Source: Eledone cirrhosa
Lineage: Eukaryota
Assembly (NCBI GenBank): GCA_964016885.1
Contig: OZ024745.1
Location: 125,550,001-125,614,000 of the forward strand
Length of the DNA: 64,000 nucleotides
Reading direction: 5' to 3'
Shown here: positions 27,951-42,173 of the stretch, piece after piece
Layout: the number at the start of each line of letters is the position of its first letter
Numbering within the stretch: position 1 is the stretch's first letter
Notes under the pieces: generated by a model
Seen by the model: only the letters and a program-made list of their open reading frames with translations
Databases searched by the model: none
What the model was told of the DNA's origin: nothing
Position numbers and translations under genes: made by a program

Positions 27951-28543
27951 GAGTTGTTATCTCTGAATTCAGAGAAGTAGTGGCTTTACCTAGAGTGACT
28001 CTCTGATCTCCGAGCTATGCACTCTATTGAGTAACTTTACTCCAAAGTCTTTGAATAAAATAATTTCCAGTTATACTATATCTGAAAAACAGATAACAGA
28101 GTGGTCATAGCTGAAACAGCTTTGGTGATGTCTTACCAATTGCCCTAACAAGAAATTCTATGCACATAGAGAGAGAGGAGGGGGTACATACACATTCTAT
28201 AAGCATTGTTTTTTTTCTAGTTTTATTAGATAATTGGAGTCTTAAACTTGAAAATGCAAAATATCCTTGGCTTTTTAGCTATGGATTTGTATTAAACTAT
28301 GTTAACATTATTCATGTTGATACATCTCCAAGAAAGATAGCTTGCTCTTTATTGCCTTTATTAAATAGCTAGGTAGCAGGTGGCCATTACTTGCATAGAT
28401 CAGTTAATTGGGATTGCAGAGGAATGATATCCAAGTGAATGATTTATCTTCGTTATCTGCTATAGAGTTCAGTGTTAACTATTAACTGGCTTCTTGAAGT
28501 ATTGGAATTCAAGTTAAGGTTAAGTGCTACAGTTTAGTCTTAC

Positions 28544-28671
28544 TCGGCATTGTCCATTGATGCATATGTTACGACCAATCAAAGAGCAGTGGGTTCCATC
28601 AGCTGCCATATCTGCTTTCAGAACAGAGAGCTTGACATTCTGGGTTTTGCAATAAAGCTGACATGGAGAAC
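28544..28671 (-). CDS. ADAMTS7/12-like exon D (Cys-rich domain)
   Basis: tacag|GT...CGA|gtaag; SPCQLYCKTQNVKLSVLKADMAADGTHCSLIGRNICINGQCR (CxLxC...DGTxC...CINGxC); 128 nt, phase 1 to 0. Confidence 0.94.
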
Positions 28672-30413
28672 CTGTAAAGGTAAAGATATAATAATGTTTT
28701 TATATTAAGCAGAGTAAATTAACATTCAAAACTAGATTGATTTTTTTTTTCCACACAAGAAGTAGCTGTGATAATAGAAGGAGTAGGGGAATTGGTGGTG
28801 GTGGTAATTGTAATTATATTATAGCAGTATTAGTAGTAGCCATTGTAATTGTTGTGTTAGTAATAATAGAATATTAAGAATAGAATAATATTATTATTAA
28901 GGGTGGTGATGGGAGTGGAAATGTTTGGGGTAGGGTGATAAAGGTCATGGTGGTGATGTTAATATCAAAGCCCCCCACCCATCTAAAAAACTATTTCTAT
29001 TTCAAATAACTTAATTAGTTTGGTTTCTGATGACAATATTGTTACCATTAATACTAATAGCTTTTTTTTTTTGTAAGTACAGTTGCCAATGTTTCTGTAT
29101 TTGAATCTGTTACTACTCAAGCTGCTGCAATTGCTATACTGCTTTCTTTGCTTTGTTTTAATTGATTAATGATAAAATAAAAGAGAATAGCATCAATGAC
29201 CATACAGGCTCGTCAAAACTGACAGAACCAAAACAGTTGTTGTTCCTCTTGACACCTGTTGGTTGTTTAACATTGTCAGGGAAATGGGAGCTTGAAAAAT
29301 ATTGCAATTCTGGGAAGGAAATTATAGGGGAAAGTATTTAGCATGGTATCACAAGAGTGATGTTGAGAAGAGGAGTGACAAATGCATCAGATGCATTTGA
29401 CTAAAATTGATATGCAGCATTCTAGTTTAGAGGAGTAAAACATATCAAAGTAACAATAGAAGAGGAGTTGTGAAATGATAATGATAAATGTAAATGAAAC
29501 AACAATTTACTATGTAACTATAATAATAGTTGCAGAGTAAACTGTTGTTTGTGTATATCTGATTTAGAATAGGTACAACATGTATTTGTGTGTCATAAAA
29601 CATTACTAAAATGGTTTGTGGCTGGATGTGGGGTCAGCCACAAAATGCTGTTTCAAAAAGGACCCCATAATGAGCATGAGATATTCCATGTGGCCTGCAA
29701 AACTAGCCTCTGCAACAGCAGGGGACAATAACCATAAAATTATTTCTGCATGAATGATTGCAAGACAGAAATGACAACATAAAAGCCTTATTTGGATTCG
29801 ATTTCAACTTTAAAATATTCTACTAAGGGTAAATACCCCCTTCAGTCATGAATGACCATGAAATTTGCACCTAGAGGCACAAGTCCGGGCAAGGTTGTTT
29901 GTGGAAGACCAGTAGTTGCCCATACATACCAGTCTCCCCTCTCCATGCCACTGATGTAGTCCTAGGGAATGACAAAGGCAGATAGAACTTGACACCAGTG
30001 ATGTCACAACTCATTTCTACAGCTGAGTGAACTGGAGGAACATGAAATAAAGTGTTTTGCTCAAGAACACAATGCAAGGCCTGGTCTGATAATTGAACAC
30101 ACACCAACATGATTGTAAGTCCAACGCTCTAACCACTAAGCCATGCACCTTCACAATATTCTACTATCACTACATTAAATCCTGTAGATGATGGAATTTA
30201 TCTTTGAAAGAAGCAACACATTTTCAGAAATAACAGATGATTCATTGGCATACAATGCTTATTACCCTGTTTATGGGAGAAAGAAGACATTATATGTTAT
30301 CCTTCTAATGCTACATAAAGCTGAGATATCTACTGAGATCCAGTCCTGTGGATCCTTGAGAATTGAGAACAGAATTAGCAAGAATTATAGAATGCATCTG
30401 AATATATACTTAC

Positions 30414-30519
30414 TTTGCATTCTGACAGGTTCCCATTGGTACAGGTGACCCTCATACTCTATATTATTGAACTTGGCACACTGCTCCTGACGAAAGCTAC
30501 GACTACCTTCAGGACATAC
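30414..30519 (-). CDS. ADAMTS7/12-like exon C (Cys-rich domain)
   Basis: tatag|GTA...CAA A|gtaag; VCPEGSRSFRQEQCAKFNNIEYEGHLYQWEPVRMQ with the FRxxQC motif; 106 nt, phase 0 to 1. Confidence 0.94.
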
Positions 30520-30757
30520 CTATACAAAACAATAAACAGTAAGGATATAAGAACCACCAACATCATAACATAAAAAATTATATACTTTTTGCTTTAAGTA
30601 CAAATATAAAGATATATGGAAATACATCAACTTAAGATTATTTTAGATACTAGTAGTCATTTTACTGAATACAAAAATGACAAAGGCAAAGATCATCCTG
30701 GAACTATAACAATAACTTCACAATGCAACTTTTTATAACTTATAAAACATATATGTA

Positions 30758-31537
30758 ATCATCATCATCATCATTTTACGTCTGCTTTTCCCTGCTTGCA
30801 AGGGTTGGACGGGTCCTATTCAGCACAGCATCTCTCCACTTGTCACGGTCCTTCATCATCTCCACCATGAGCTTCAGTGATCTGAGGTCAGCTCTCACCA
30901 CCTCCGCCCATGTTTTTTGTGGTCTTCATTTACTGCGTCTTCCTTCTACTGGCATTTCTTGGCACTTCTTTACCCAGCAGTCATCCTCCATGCACATCAC
31001 ATGTCCATACCATCGCAGTCTTCTCTCCCGCACACTACAACTTATCCCTCTTATACACAGTTTCTCTCTCAACTCATCTGTGCTTGGTCGTTTAAGCACA
31101 TTGACATTCCACATCCAACGGAGCATACTTGCTTCCTTTCTCTCCAGCCATCGCATATACTCTGCAGTTGCTGCCCATGTCTCACTACCATGCAGCATTG
31201 TGCATCTCACACAGGCATCATATAACTGGCCTTTCGTATGCAGGGAGGAACCCTTCTTTGTCAAAGAGGAAGCAGCTCTCTAAACTTCTTCCAACCCATC
31301 CTTATTCTAGAAACTATGGCCTCGGAACTCCCCCCCCCCCCCCTCCCATGCTAATCTGATCACCTAGGTACTGGAAGCTATCAACCACCTCTATAGAACC
31401 TACCTGCATTTGAAAAATGTGTCTATCAATGTGACTTCTAGTGTCAAATTTCCCTGTACATCTACTGCATATGTACTTTTCCCTACCTGTTAGTTTGCCT
31501 GCTATCCCACTATTCTTGTGCACCCAAGATTTGCATA
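30758..31537 (-). mobile_element. RTE LINE 3' fragment (same family as 803-1600)
   Basis: ORF 30926-31264 ...MLHGSETWAATAEYMRWLERKEASMLRW...RWYGHVMCM; (GAT)n tail. Confidence 0.92.
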
Positions 31538-34500
31538 ACTCTTTTATAAAAAGCTAAGGATATTTCAATTCAGGTTTTTAAGATTTCATTCCAAGTTCAG
31601 ATATTTTTGACAAGATCCGGGGGTGAGGGGTGGGGGGATGATATAATACTACATAAAATATCAAATGATACATATTATATATAAATATAGTAAAATGAAG
31701 AATATATAATATTTATCTATACATAGTATATATTATATTATTATATATAAATTATTGATTTTATCTAAGGGGTGGTGGATTGGCAGTATCGGTAGAGGGT
31801 TGGACGCCTATGATGCATAGAGTTACGGCCCTTTCCATTCTGAGTTCAAATCCCACCTTTCATCCTTACGGGGTCGATAAAATAAAGTACCAGTAATGCA
31901 CTGGGTAATTGCTGGCTTTGTGCCAAAAGTAGAAACAATTATTTACAATTAGAATGTAAGCAGGTCTGTCTGGAAATAGGGTTGGCGACCTGAGGATATT
32001 ACGTGTCTGTGAGGGGGGCAGTGGCCCAAAATGTTTGAGAACATCTGTTTTCGGCTAAGAGATATATTGTCTTTCAGATGGATTTCTGCTAGTATATATA
32101 ATGTATGAATGTGCATGTATGTTTTGAATCATCATCATCATCATCATCATTTTACGTTCGTTTTTCCCTGCTTGCAAAGGTGGGATGGGAACTGATTCTG
32201 GCTTGATTTCTTCAGCTGGATGCCCTTCCTAACAACAACCTCATTTACTGTGAGTGTTGGGTGCTTTTTTTCCGTGGCGCCTACACGTCCACTTTACAGT
32301 GTGGGCTGGGTGGTTTTTTGCCGTGGCACCTCCACGACCACTTTGCAGTGGAATGATATGAACCCCAGTCCTATCATCTCATTTCTACAGCTGAGTAAAC
32401 TGGAGCAATGTGAAATAAAGTGTCTTGCTCAAGGAAACAACACATCACCCGGTCTGAGAATTGAACTCACAATGTTTCAATTGCAAGGCCAATGCTCTAA
32501 CCACTAAGCCATGTGCATATCAATACATATGCATCTATGAAAAAAAAAGAAAAATTATATTTCTGGTGTGTGAATGATATGAACTTGTACCAACATATAA
32601 ATGGTGAGTGCCTTTACTAATATCAAACTACAGCAGCATTGATGCTAGCATATAACCAGCCATTCTTTCATTTGGCCAACTGATTTTTCAGTGAGTTAGG
32701 TAGCTTTGGTGAGAGGAAGTATCTTACTTCCTAATTCTTCTCAGCATTTTGTGGTCAATGTCCTGCAATATTTTAATCAAGCTATGCTTCATATACTGAT
32801 TTGGAAAGCACATTATGTTCAGCAAAGATCTGCCTATAATCTATGCATATGCAATTTTATATGTTTAAATAAGTGTGTTTATATGTATATATGCATCGGC
32901 ATGTGTGTTAGATTCTTGGTAATGACGAAACATTAATTTATTATTATTGTTCTTTTTTTTTCAGGATTGAATCTTAAACTGTTTGTGGCTTAACACTAAA
33001 GTTTTTCTTCTGATTTTTCCAAGTTGCATATGCTCTCATTAAAAGAAAATGTTATCATTTAGCAATAAATCCTTTTGATGTTAATAGGGTTGAGCAAATT
33101 AGAATACATTATGAAAAATCTGTCTAGGTGAAATGAATTACTCTTCTCTATAAATGATAATTTATTCCATGCAAAGCCATAAAGCATTTTCACATAATGC
33201 AATATATTTTAGGCACTTTCTTTCATCTTCACAACCTTTTAGGACAGAGTTGCATACATTTTAGTCAAGAACACATGCACACACTCAGTACATTAAAAAA
33301 AAAGGTTTTCTAGTAGAAGGTGTATCTCACTTGAACTAAGCCAACTGGTATCCTTTGTACAATAAAGGCTAAAACTGAATTTGGTGAGATTCAAATTTAA
33401 AAATTAAAGATAACAAAACACATTTGTGTGAAATATTTAATCAAGTGTTTCATCTTTTATGTCAACTCATCCTCTGGTAGAGTATCGGACAACATGCTTC
33501 GCGACATAGAGTTACGGCCCTTTACTTTCTGAATTCAAATCCCACCAAGGTTAGCTTTGCTTTTCATCCTTATGGAGTCAATAAAATAAAGTACCAGTAA
33601 TGCACTGGGGTCGATTTAATTGACTTTCCCCTCCCCCTTTCAAATTGCTAGCCTTGTGCCTATATTAGAAACAATTATATATATATATGATGGTTCCCAG
33701 GCTTCTTTTGACGTACACGTCTTTGTCATTAGCTATATATATAATATAAAATTGGCAATTGTGAGGTTGCGAGTTTGATTCCAGGACCGGGTGATCCGTT
33801 ATGTCCTTGAGCAAGATACTTTATTTCCCATTGCTCTTTCTACTGGGTGTTGTGACCAGTAGATGGCATCAGCAATGGAAAAACCAATGGAAACGTTGTT
33901 TCCTTGGTCTGATTTGATGAGTTTATCCCTCTCAGTAGGTGAAGAATGAGATCTGGGATCTATTTATTGATATTAGAATAAAACTGTTTTGTTCCTAACT
34001 CCTCTTCCAACTGGAGGACTGTAGTGATCCTGCCCTAAATTGTAGAAAATCATAATGATTTATTTCAGGAGCAACTAACCAGTGTTTTAGAGGTTTTAAT
34101 TTTTTTGTCTTTTGCCCTGCATTTTTCTTTTTCCTATGAGCAATTCTTTCCTTTATATATCCAATGGATGTATAATATTAGTATGCATGAACAACAAAGC
34201 ATCAGTGAACTGAAAGAGAAACTAGGCATAAGAGAGATCATATGTAGTGTACAGGGGAGGAGATTGTGGGGGTCAGGACATGTGATGAGCATGAAAAATA
34301 ACAAATAGCACTCGTGCATTGTTTCTATTCCTTTTCCCTTCATTTTCAGTTGACACATTGGTTTGTAGCATTTTTTCTTTTTTTTTTTCTTCATTTTATT
34401 TTGTGTACTTCACCAAAAGGTATAACTTGTCTTGTCTTTGTCTCTACCTGTTTTGTTGTATCTCAATGTGTATGGGAATAAACAGTACCAATCTTATATT

Positions 34501-34544
34501 ATTGAAGCTCCAATGTCTGGCAACTGACTTGCTAAGCACCCACA

Positions 34545-34950
34545 AAATTATTAACCATCTTGCCAACATCAACCCTGAGTAGCTTTTTGATTTCCATATG
34601 TCTAACACACGTGGGCATGCCAACAAAGTCAGAAAACAGCACAGTTCCCATGACTTTCGGAAACATTTTTTCATGCTCAGAATTGCTGAAGCCTGGAACA
34701 AAGTCCCGGCATTTGTTAGCTGCCGAGACACTGCATCCTTTAAAACATCCATGCTTCCTGAGATTCGCCAACACTACACCTAATACTCCTCCTCCATACA
34801 CATGCACACATCTATATCATGACTCATACACTATTCACTTCCCTGACATTTGTACATTATTCTATGTACTATACATGCACCTTTGATGAGTTGTAGTGCA
34901 CCTGAGCACTGTACACAAAAATGTCATTATTATTATCATTATTATTATCA
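34545..34950 (+). mobile_element. CR1-like LINE 3' end
   Basis: SNTRGHANKVRKQHSSHDFRKHFFMLRIAEAWNKVP...FK (TRGH...FF..R....WN.LP motif), 3'UTR and (ATT)n tail. Confidence 0.85.
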
Positions 34951-36134
34951 TTGAAACTGCAGTAAGTATTTTTGTTATATTTTTACTTGTCTTTGTCCAG
35001 TGTTACCCCCTGTTTTGACATAAGCCACTTTACAATTGAGAATGAACGACTATTTACATGATTCCTTAGCCTGCTAGAACTAGCAGGAAAATCTCTAATA
35101 TCACTCTAGAGAGCACATCAGTATTGTAGTTCTAAAAGTTTATTCATAAAAAGAAGGAATGATTTTGATTATAGGTTTGTGTGATACAGGTTAAACAATA
35201 ACAAGAATTTATCCAATATACATGTAAATAATTCAAAAAATGATGTTATCAATCCCAGCTCATATACTTCATATGTAAATCTCAATGCCAAACATTTTTA
35301 CATATTTCTTATGGTTTCTGCATGATTAAATAATGTTGAGGTATGAAGGTAATAAAGCAGCTCGTTGAAGGTTGAAGTTACATTCATTCAAGTTATATGA
35401 AAATGCAGTGTGATTTTGAACAATAAGCAAGTCAATGAAAAACAAGATATATAGAAGATATGGAATATTATTTGTATATTAATTTACCACAATTTTACAC
35501 ACGTTTCTCTAACATGACCCAAAATAGTGTTGTCACCATCAGGTTAAGATATTTATACAATTTCAGAAATTATTATCAGAATCATGCATACACAGTTATA
35601 CAGTCACATACAGATATACATAAACACATATATTCTTAGATTTTTGTTTGTTTGTATATTTGTTCTTTCTCTCCCTCCCTTTTTCCATCTTTCTGTGTAT
35701 CTATCATATGAAGAACCATGTTGATTCTACCTGCTTTCTTCCCCATTGCCCTCGGGAGTGTCTTTATAAAATATTCCTTGGCCAACTGAATTACACACTT
35801 TATGCAGAATAAACCAAATGGAAAAAGAAATGAAATTAAAAGCAAAGAAAAAGATAAAATCTATTATTTCACATAATGAACATGATACAATTATTTCATC
35901 TCATTTGGACATCTTTCAAATACTTTGGAGATTTCCACCCATTTACATTCACAGGAATGAACAAAAATAAATAGAAAATATGATATGTGTGTTAGCAGTA
36001 GGAAAAAAATTTACTAAAACTATATATTTAGTATTTTATGGTTTCTTTATTGTATATTTATACATCTAAATCTATCTGCCAACCTAATTTGAGATAATAC
36101 TATCTATTTATCTGTGAGCTAACTTATATATGTA

Positions 36135-36282
36135 TATATGTACATAGCAATCCATCTATGCAACTAGACTTATAGATATCCACATGTATGCATGTGTGTG
36201 AGTATGTATATATATACATATATATATACGTACATACCAATCCATTTATACAACTAGATATATAGATATCCACATGTATGCA

Positions 36283-36340
<58 letters not shown>

Positions 36341-36390
36341 CATACATATATACGTACATACCAATCCATTTATACAACTAGGCATATAGA
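36135..36390. repeat. Three imperfect tandem units (about 90-125 bp) interleaved with microsatellite
   Basis: tacataccaatccatttatacaactaga-like unit at about 36141, 36231 and 36355. Confidence 0.8.
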
Positions 36391-36986
36391 TGTTTGTGTA
36401 TACATTTGCTCCAATACATTATTTATGGGAATTCATGACAAATGAATAACAAATCCAATATTATTTTTGTGACTCACTCATTAGTACTGAACAACACCAA
36501 AATTTATTTGTACATCCAAACAACCAGCTAGCTCCTGTAGCTGCATCATCCCCTACTAGCAACCCCTAATCGTATCAATAACTCTGCTATCAATTTACAG
36601 TTATAGTCAACTATATATTATTTCTATTGTAAAATACAATAAAAGATGCATTGAATAAAAGAAAAAATAATATTTCCTCCAGTGTTTTAATAAGTAAACA
36701 TATTTATTCATTGTAAGTTACTGTCATGTCAAATGAATAAAAGTAAACACACACACACACGTACACACACACACACACACGTACACACGTCACATTTTCA
36801 TATTCTATATATATATAAATACGTAGAAATATCCATGATCCCCAGCAGACAACTGATGAAGGAAAATTTTCTCCCATTCGTGCTTTCCTCTTATTTATAA
36901 GTACACCTTATCCAGCAACTACACATCCCCTGTTTCTTATATATATATAAGAAACAGGGGATTTTATATTCTCCAAATGAAAAGAT

Positions 36987-37068
36987 CCTTCTGACGAGAT
37001 TCTTTCTTTGCAACGAAGGCCGTATGGACTCCGTTTATTTTTGAGAATCGAAACCGACTCGGTAAAGG
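36987..37068 (+). ncRNA. Type I hammerhead ribozyme, distinct family
   Basis: cctt-CTGACGA-gattct...agaatc-GAAA-ccgactcgg-TA-aagg; GUA triplet; between (TA)n tracts. Confidence 0.75.
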
Positions 37069-37136
37069 TAACCATAGTAAGTACAGTTAATTTTTTAAAA
37101 TTTATTTTGAAACTTTATCTTATTTGCTAAACCTTG

Positions 37137-37240
<104 letters not shown>

Positions 37241-37585
37241 CATATATATAAGTAAGCTGGTGTCATAAAAATTCACCTAGTCCGGCTTATAAGGTGGTTG
37301 TTGGGTGCCATGACAAAAAGTACATAGTCTACCCTGTGAGGAAGTTATACAGGTGCTATGAGAAAAAGTAACTAGTCCACCCTATAAGGTGGTAGTGCTG
37401 TTTCCACTGAAAAGTTCCCAGTACATGCCATAATCTATTTGGCATTAAGGAGGGTATCCAGTCATAGAAAGCCAAGCCAAAAATGGAGGGTATGTGCAAG
37501 ACATGGTCACCTGACATGTCTAGCATCATAATTTTCATGCAAGCATGAAAAATAGATGCTATACAGTAATGATGGTATTATTGAA

Positions 37586-37616
<31 letters not shown>

Positions 37617-38025
37617 CACATACACACACAAACAGAAACACACACACATATATATATGTATATTTATATGAAAGGTCATCAAGGAAAAATACCACAATAT
37701 AATGAGAATATATGTATTAGTTTAATGCTTGATATAGACAAAGTTTGTTAATGTTTCAGAAATTAGTCTTTTATCAGATGTGAGATTGAGAGACAGATAA
37801 AAAAATAAAAGGATAGAAAAAAATAAATGGTAAGAAAAAAATAAAAATGGGAAAAAAAGTAAAAAGAACGAAAGTGGATGTGTAGTTTATCAGCCACATT
37901 CTTAGCGCCCAACACGTTAAGACCCTCTTCCTGCTATTTCAAGCGTTAACCTCATATATTCCTTCCATATACTGTACCGATTGTGTTGTTATTTCTGTTT
38001 AACTTTTACATACATACACACACAC

Positions 38026-38059
<34 letters not shown>

Positions 38060-38109
38060 ATATACACACATACATACATATATATATACACACATACATA
38101 CATATATAT

Positions 38110-38555
38110 AACTGAACCTGAACCGATAAGGTCTGGTTTCTTGGGTATGTCACCAGTTATGAAACAAATTTTGTATTTTATCTGATGAGTGCGTACCAGC
38201 ATGTTGGTACCCTTGAAATATATATAATTGTTTCTACTATTGGCACAAGGCCAGCAATTACCCAGTACATTACTGGTACTTTATTTTATCGACCCCCGTA
38301 TGGATGAAAGGCAAAGTTAACCTCGGCGGGAATTGAACTCAGAATGGCAAGGGCCGTAACTCTATGCTTCAAAGCATGGCGTCCGACCCTCTACCGATAC
38401 TGCCAATTCACTATAATAAAATAAATATGGTTTTATAAATATAGTTTCCATTTATTAATATCATTGATATTATACTCCAGAAGACCTGTAGAGTGCTTCA
38501 AATCTGTTATAAATAAATTTGTGGAATAACCAACAAATTAAATATCTCATTTCTT
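38110..38555 (+). mobile_element. PLE family B copy whose HHR is split by a SINE
   Basis: tattttat-CTGATGA-...-GAAA-tatata at 38174-38226; SINE 38229-38410; ataaaata resumes at about 38416. Confidence 0.8.
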
Positions 38556-38574
38556 ATATATATATACACACACA

Positions 38575-38621
<47 letters not shown>

Positions 38622-39086
38622 ATAATAAATTAAGGGTGAAAGCAGCGATTCTTTGCTTAAACTTTAATCTGTTATTTTAATAAATATATATATATATATC
38701 ATCATCATCATTTTATGTCCGCTTTTCCCTGCTTGCAAGGGTGGGACGGGAACTGATTCTGGCTTGATTTCTACAGCTGGATGCCCTTCCTAACACCAAC
38801 CTCATTTACAGTGAGTGCTGGGTGCTTTTTTGCCGTGGCACCTCCACGACCACTTTGCAGTGGAATGATATGGACCTCAGTCCCTACCATCTCATTTCTA
38901 CAGCTGAGTAAACTGGAACACTGTGAAATAAAGTCTCTTGCTCAAGGAAACAACACATCACCTGGTCCGAGAATTGAACTCACAACCTTTCGATTGCAAG
39001 GCCAATGCTCTAACCACTAAGCCATATGCCTCCATATATATATGATAAAGAACACAAGAGCGTCTACAACATCAAAAGATTTTTAT

Positions 39087-39135
39087 TGGCTTACAATGTC
39101 TCTTCCTTACGTAACCGTAGGATTCTTCAGAGCTA
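39087..39135 (-). ncRNA. Degenerate hammerhead motif
   Basis: tagct-CTGAAGA-atcctacg...cgtaaggaa-GAGA-cattg-TA-agcca; GAAA is replaced by GAGA. Confidence 0.5.
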
Positions 39136-39199
39136 TAAGAGGGGTTTGATTGGTGTTATGGACTCTACCAACCAAACATTCAAATATATATATATATAC

Positions 39200-39233
<34 letters not shown>

Positions 39234-39484
39234 GATATATATATATATATATAAATGAAAGTATAGAAATTATTGTGAGTGTGAAGCCAACAGTATTTCA
39301 TAATATATAAGTGACTATAACATCAAATTGGAAAAATAGTTAACGTAAGATGTGGGAAAATAATTCAAACTCAATTTTAAAAAAAATCAAGACATTGACT
39401 CATCCACAGAATTTTGTGAAATCCAGGGAAAAATCAATAGAGCCTTAATTCAGAATAAAATAAAGTCTAAATATATATATATAT

Positions 39485-39526
<42 letters not shown>

Positions 39527-39610
39527 ACATACATAAATATATATATATATATACACATACATATATATATATGTATCTATGTGTGTATATATATATATAT
39601 ATGTGTATAT

Positions 39611-40004
39611 ATGGTGGCTGCCAACTCGTTTTCGAGTACGGCCACTACTTTATATCCATGTAGGAGAACCCCTACCAATGCGCTGAACGAATGTGACTTT
39701 TTAGTCCAGCCAGCGACTTGAAAACTCTGGTACAAACACTACACTTGTGACAATTATTGACACATAGTGCTGGGCCCATGGTACCATGTGACGACCAGTG
39801 CAGAGAGATCTCCAGATATAAAGCAATGCCTGTGCTGTGAAGCTTTTATAGTGAGCAAAGGCACTGCACAAAGCAGCATATATATATACATATACATATA
39901 CATACACATACACATACATACATATACACATACATACATATACACATACATACATACATATATACATACATACATACATACATACATATACATACATACA
40001 TACA

Positions 40005-40036
<32 letters not shown>

Positions 40037-40910
40037 CACATACATACACATACACATACACATACATATACATACATATACACATACATACATACATACA
40101 TATATATACATATACATATATATATACATACATATACACATACATACATACATATACATACATACATATACATATACATATACATACATACATATACACA
40201 CATATATACATACATACACATACATATACATACACACATACATATATATACATACACATACATACACATATACATATACATACACATATACATATACATA
40301 TATATGGTGGCTGCCAACTCGTTTTCGAGTACGGCCACTACTTTATATCCATGTAGGAGAACCCCTACCGAAGCGCTGAACGAGTGTGACTTTTTAGTCC
40401 AGCCAGCGACTTGAAAACTCTGGTACAAACACTACACCTGTGACAATTATTGACACATAGTGCTGGGCCCATGGTACCATGTGAGGACAAGTGCAGAGAG
40501 ATCTCCAGATACAAAGCAATGCCTGTGCCGTGAAGCTTTTATAGTGAGCAAAGGCACTGCACAAAGCCAGTCCCACTCTCTTAACCAAGATGATATTTAC
40601 CAAAAAGAAGAACAAGTCAACATCATTGGATACCATCAGGGTTGCAGGTGTTATATCAGAGTTTTCCTTCTCCTAGAATTCTGCCTTGACAAAGGCTAAG
40701 GGGTCATCTCTCCCGGTGATTTTGGATGGCCATTGACTTTTAAGAGCTCCTTTGCCCTTTGACAGGTTTTGTTTTCAGTCCTGCAGGATGTCCAAAGTCA
40801 CCCTCCTCACCAAGAAACCTTGGTGGGGTTGCCAGTTTAGTCGCCAACGACCCGACCATGAGACAGGTTGTACTGGGATACATGTTACCAGTATATATAC
40901 ATACACATAC

Positions 40911-40941
<31 letters not shown>

Positions 40942-41843
40942 CATATATATACACACATATACACACATATATACATACATACATACATATATATACACAT
41001 ATATATACATACATACATATATATACACACATATATATATATACATACATACATATATATACATATATATATATATATACATACATACACACACACACAT
41101 ATACATATATACATACATACATACATATACATACACATATATATATACATACATACATATATATACATATATATATATACATACACACACACATATATAC
41201 ACACATACATATACATACATACATATATATATACATATATATACATACATATATACACACACATATATACACACATATATACATACACATACACATACAT
41301 ATACACACACATACATATATACATATACACACACATATATACACCCATATACATATACATACATATATATATAGATATATATATATATATGGTGGCTGCC
41401 AACTCGTTTTCGAGTACGGCCACTACTCAAAGGGCAAAGGAGCTATTAAGAGTCAATGGCCATCCAAAATCACCGGGAGAGATGACCCCTTAGCCTTTGT
41501 CAAGGCAGAATTCTAGGAGAAGGAAAACTCTGATATAACACCTGCAACTCTGATGGTATCCAATGATGTTGACTTGTTCTTCTTTTTGGTAAATATCATC
41601 TTGGTTAAGAGAGTGGGACTGGCTTTGTGCAGTGCCTTTGCTCACTATAAAAGCTTCACGGCACAGGCATTGCTTTATATCTGGAGATCTCTCTGCACTT
41701 GTCGTCACAGGGTACCATGGCCCCAGCACTATGTGTCAATATTTGTCACAAGTGTAGTGTTTGTACCAGAGTTTTCAAGTCGCTGGCTGGACTAAAAGGT
41801 CACACTCGTTCACTGCATCGGTAGGGGTTCTCCTATATGGATA
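39611..41843. mobile_element. Cluster of three bipartite non-autonomous RTE copies in TA/CA microsatellite (39611-39878-, 40303-40892-, 41389-41843 with inversion)
   Basis: RTE-type 5'UTR motif tctaggagaaggaaaactctga; 3' part encodes [19 protein letters not shown] (C2H2-like); terminal hairpin gtggccgtactcgaaaacgagttggcagccac. Confidence 0.75.
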
Positions 41844-42140
41844 TGTGTATATATACATATATATATACACACATATATATATACACATATATATATATAC
41901 ACATATATATATATACACATATATATATACACACATATATATACACACATATATATACACACATATATATACACACATATATATACACACATATATATAC
42001 ACATATATATACACACATATATATACACACATATATATATACACATATATCTATACACATATATCTATACACATATATCTATACACATATATATATACAC
42101 ATATATATATACACATATATATATATATACACACATATAC

Positions 42141-42173
<33 letters not shown>

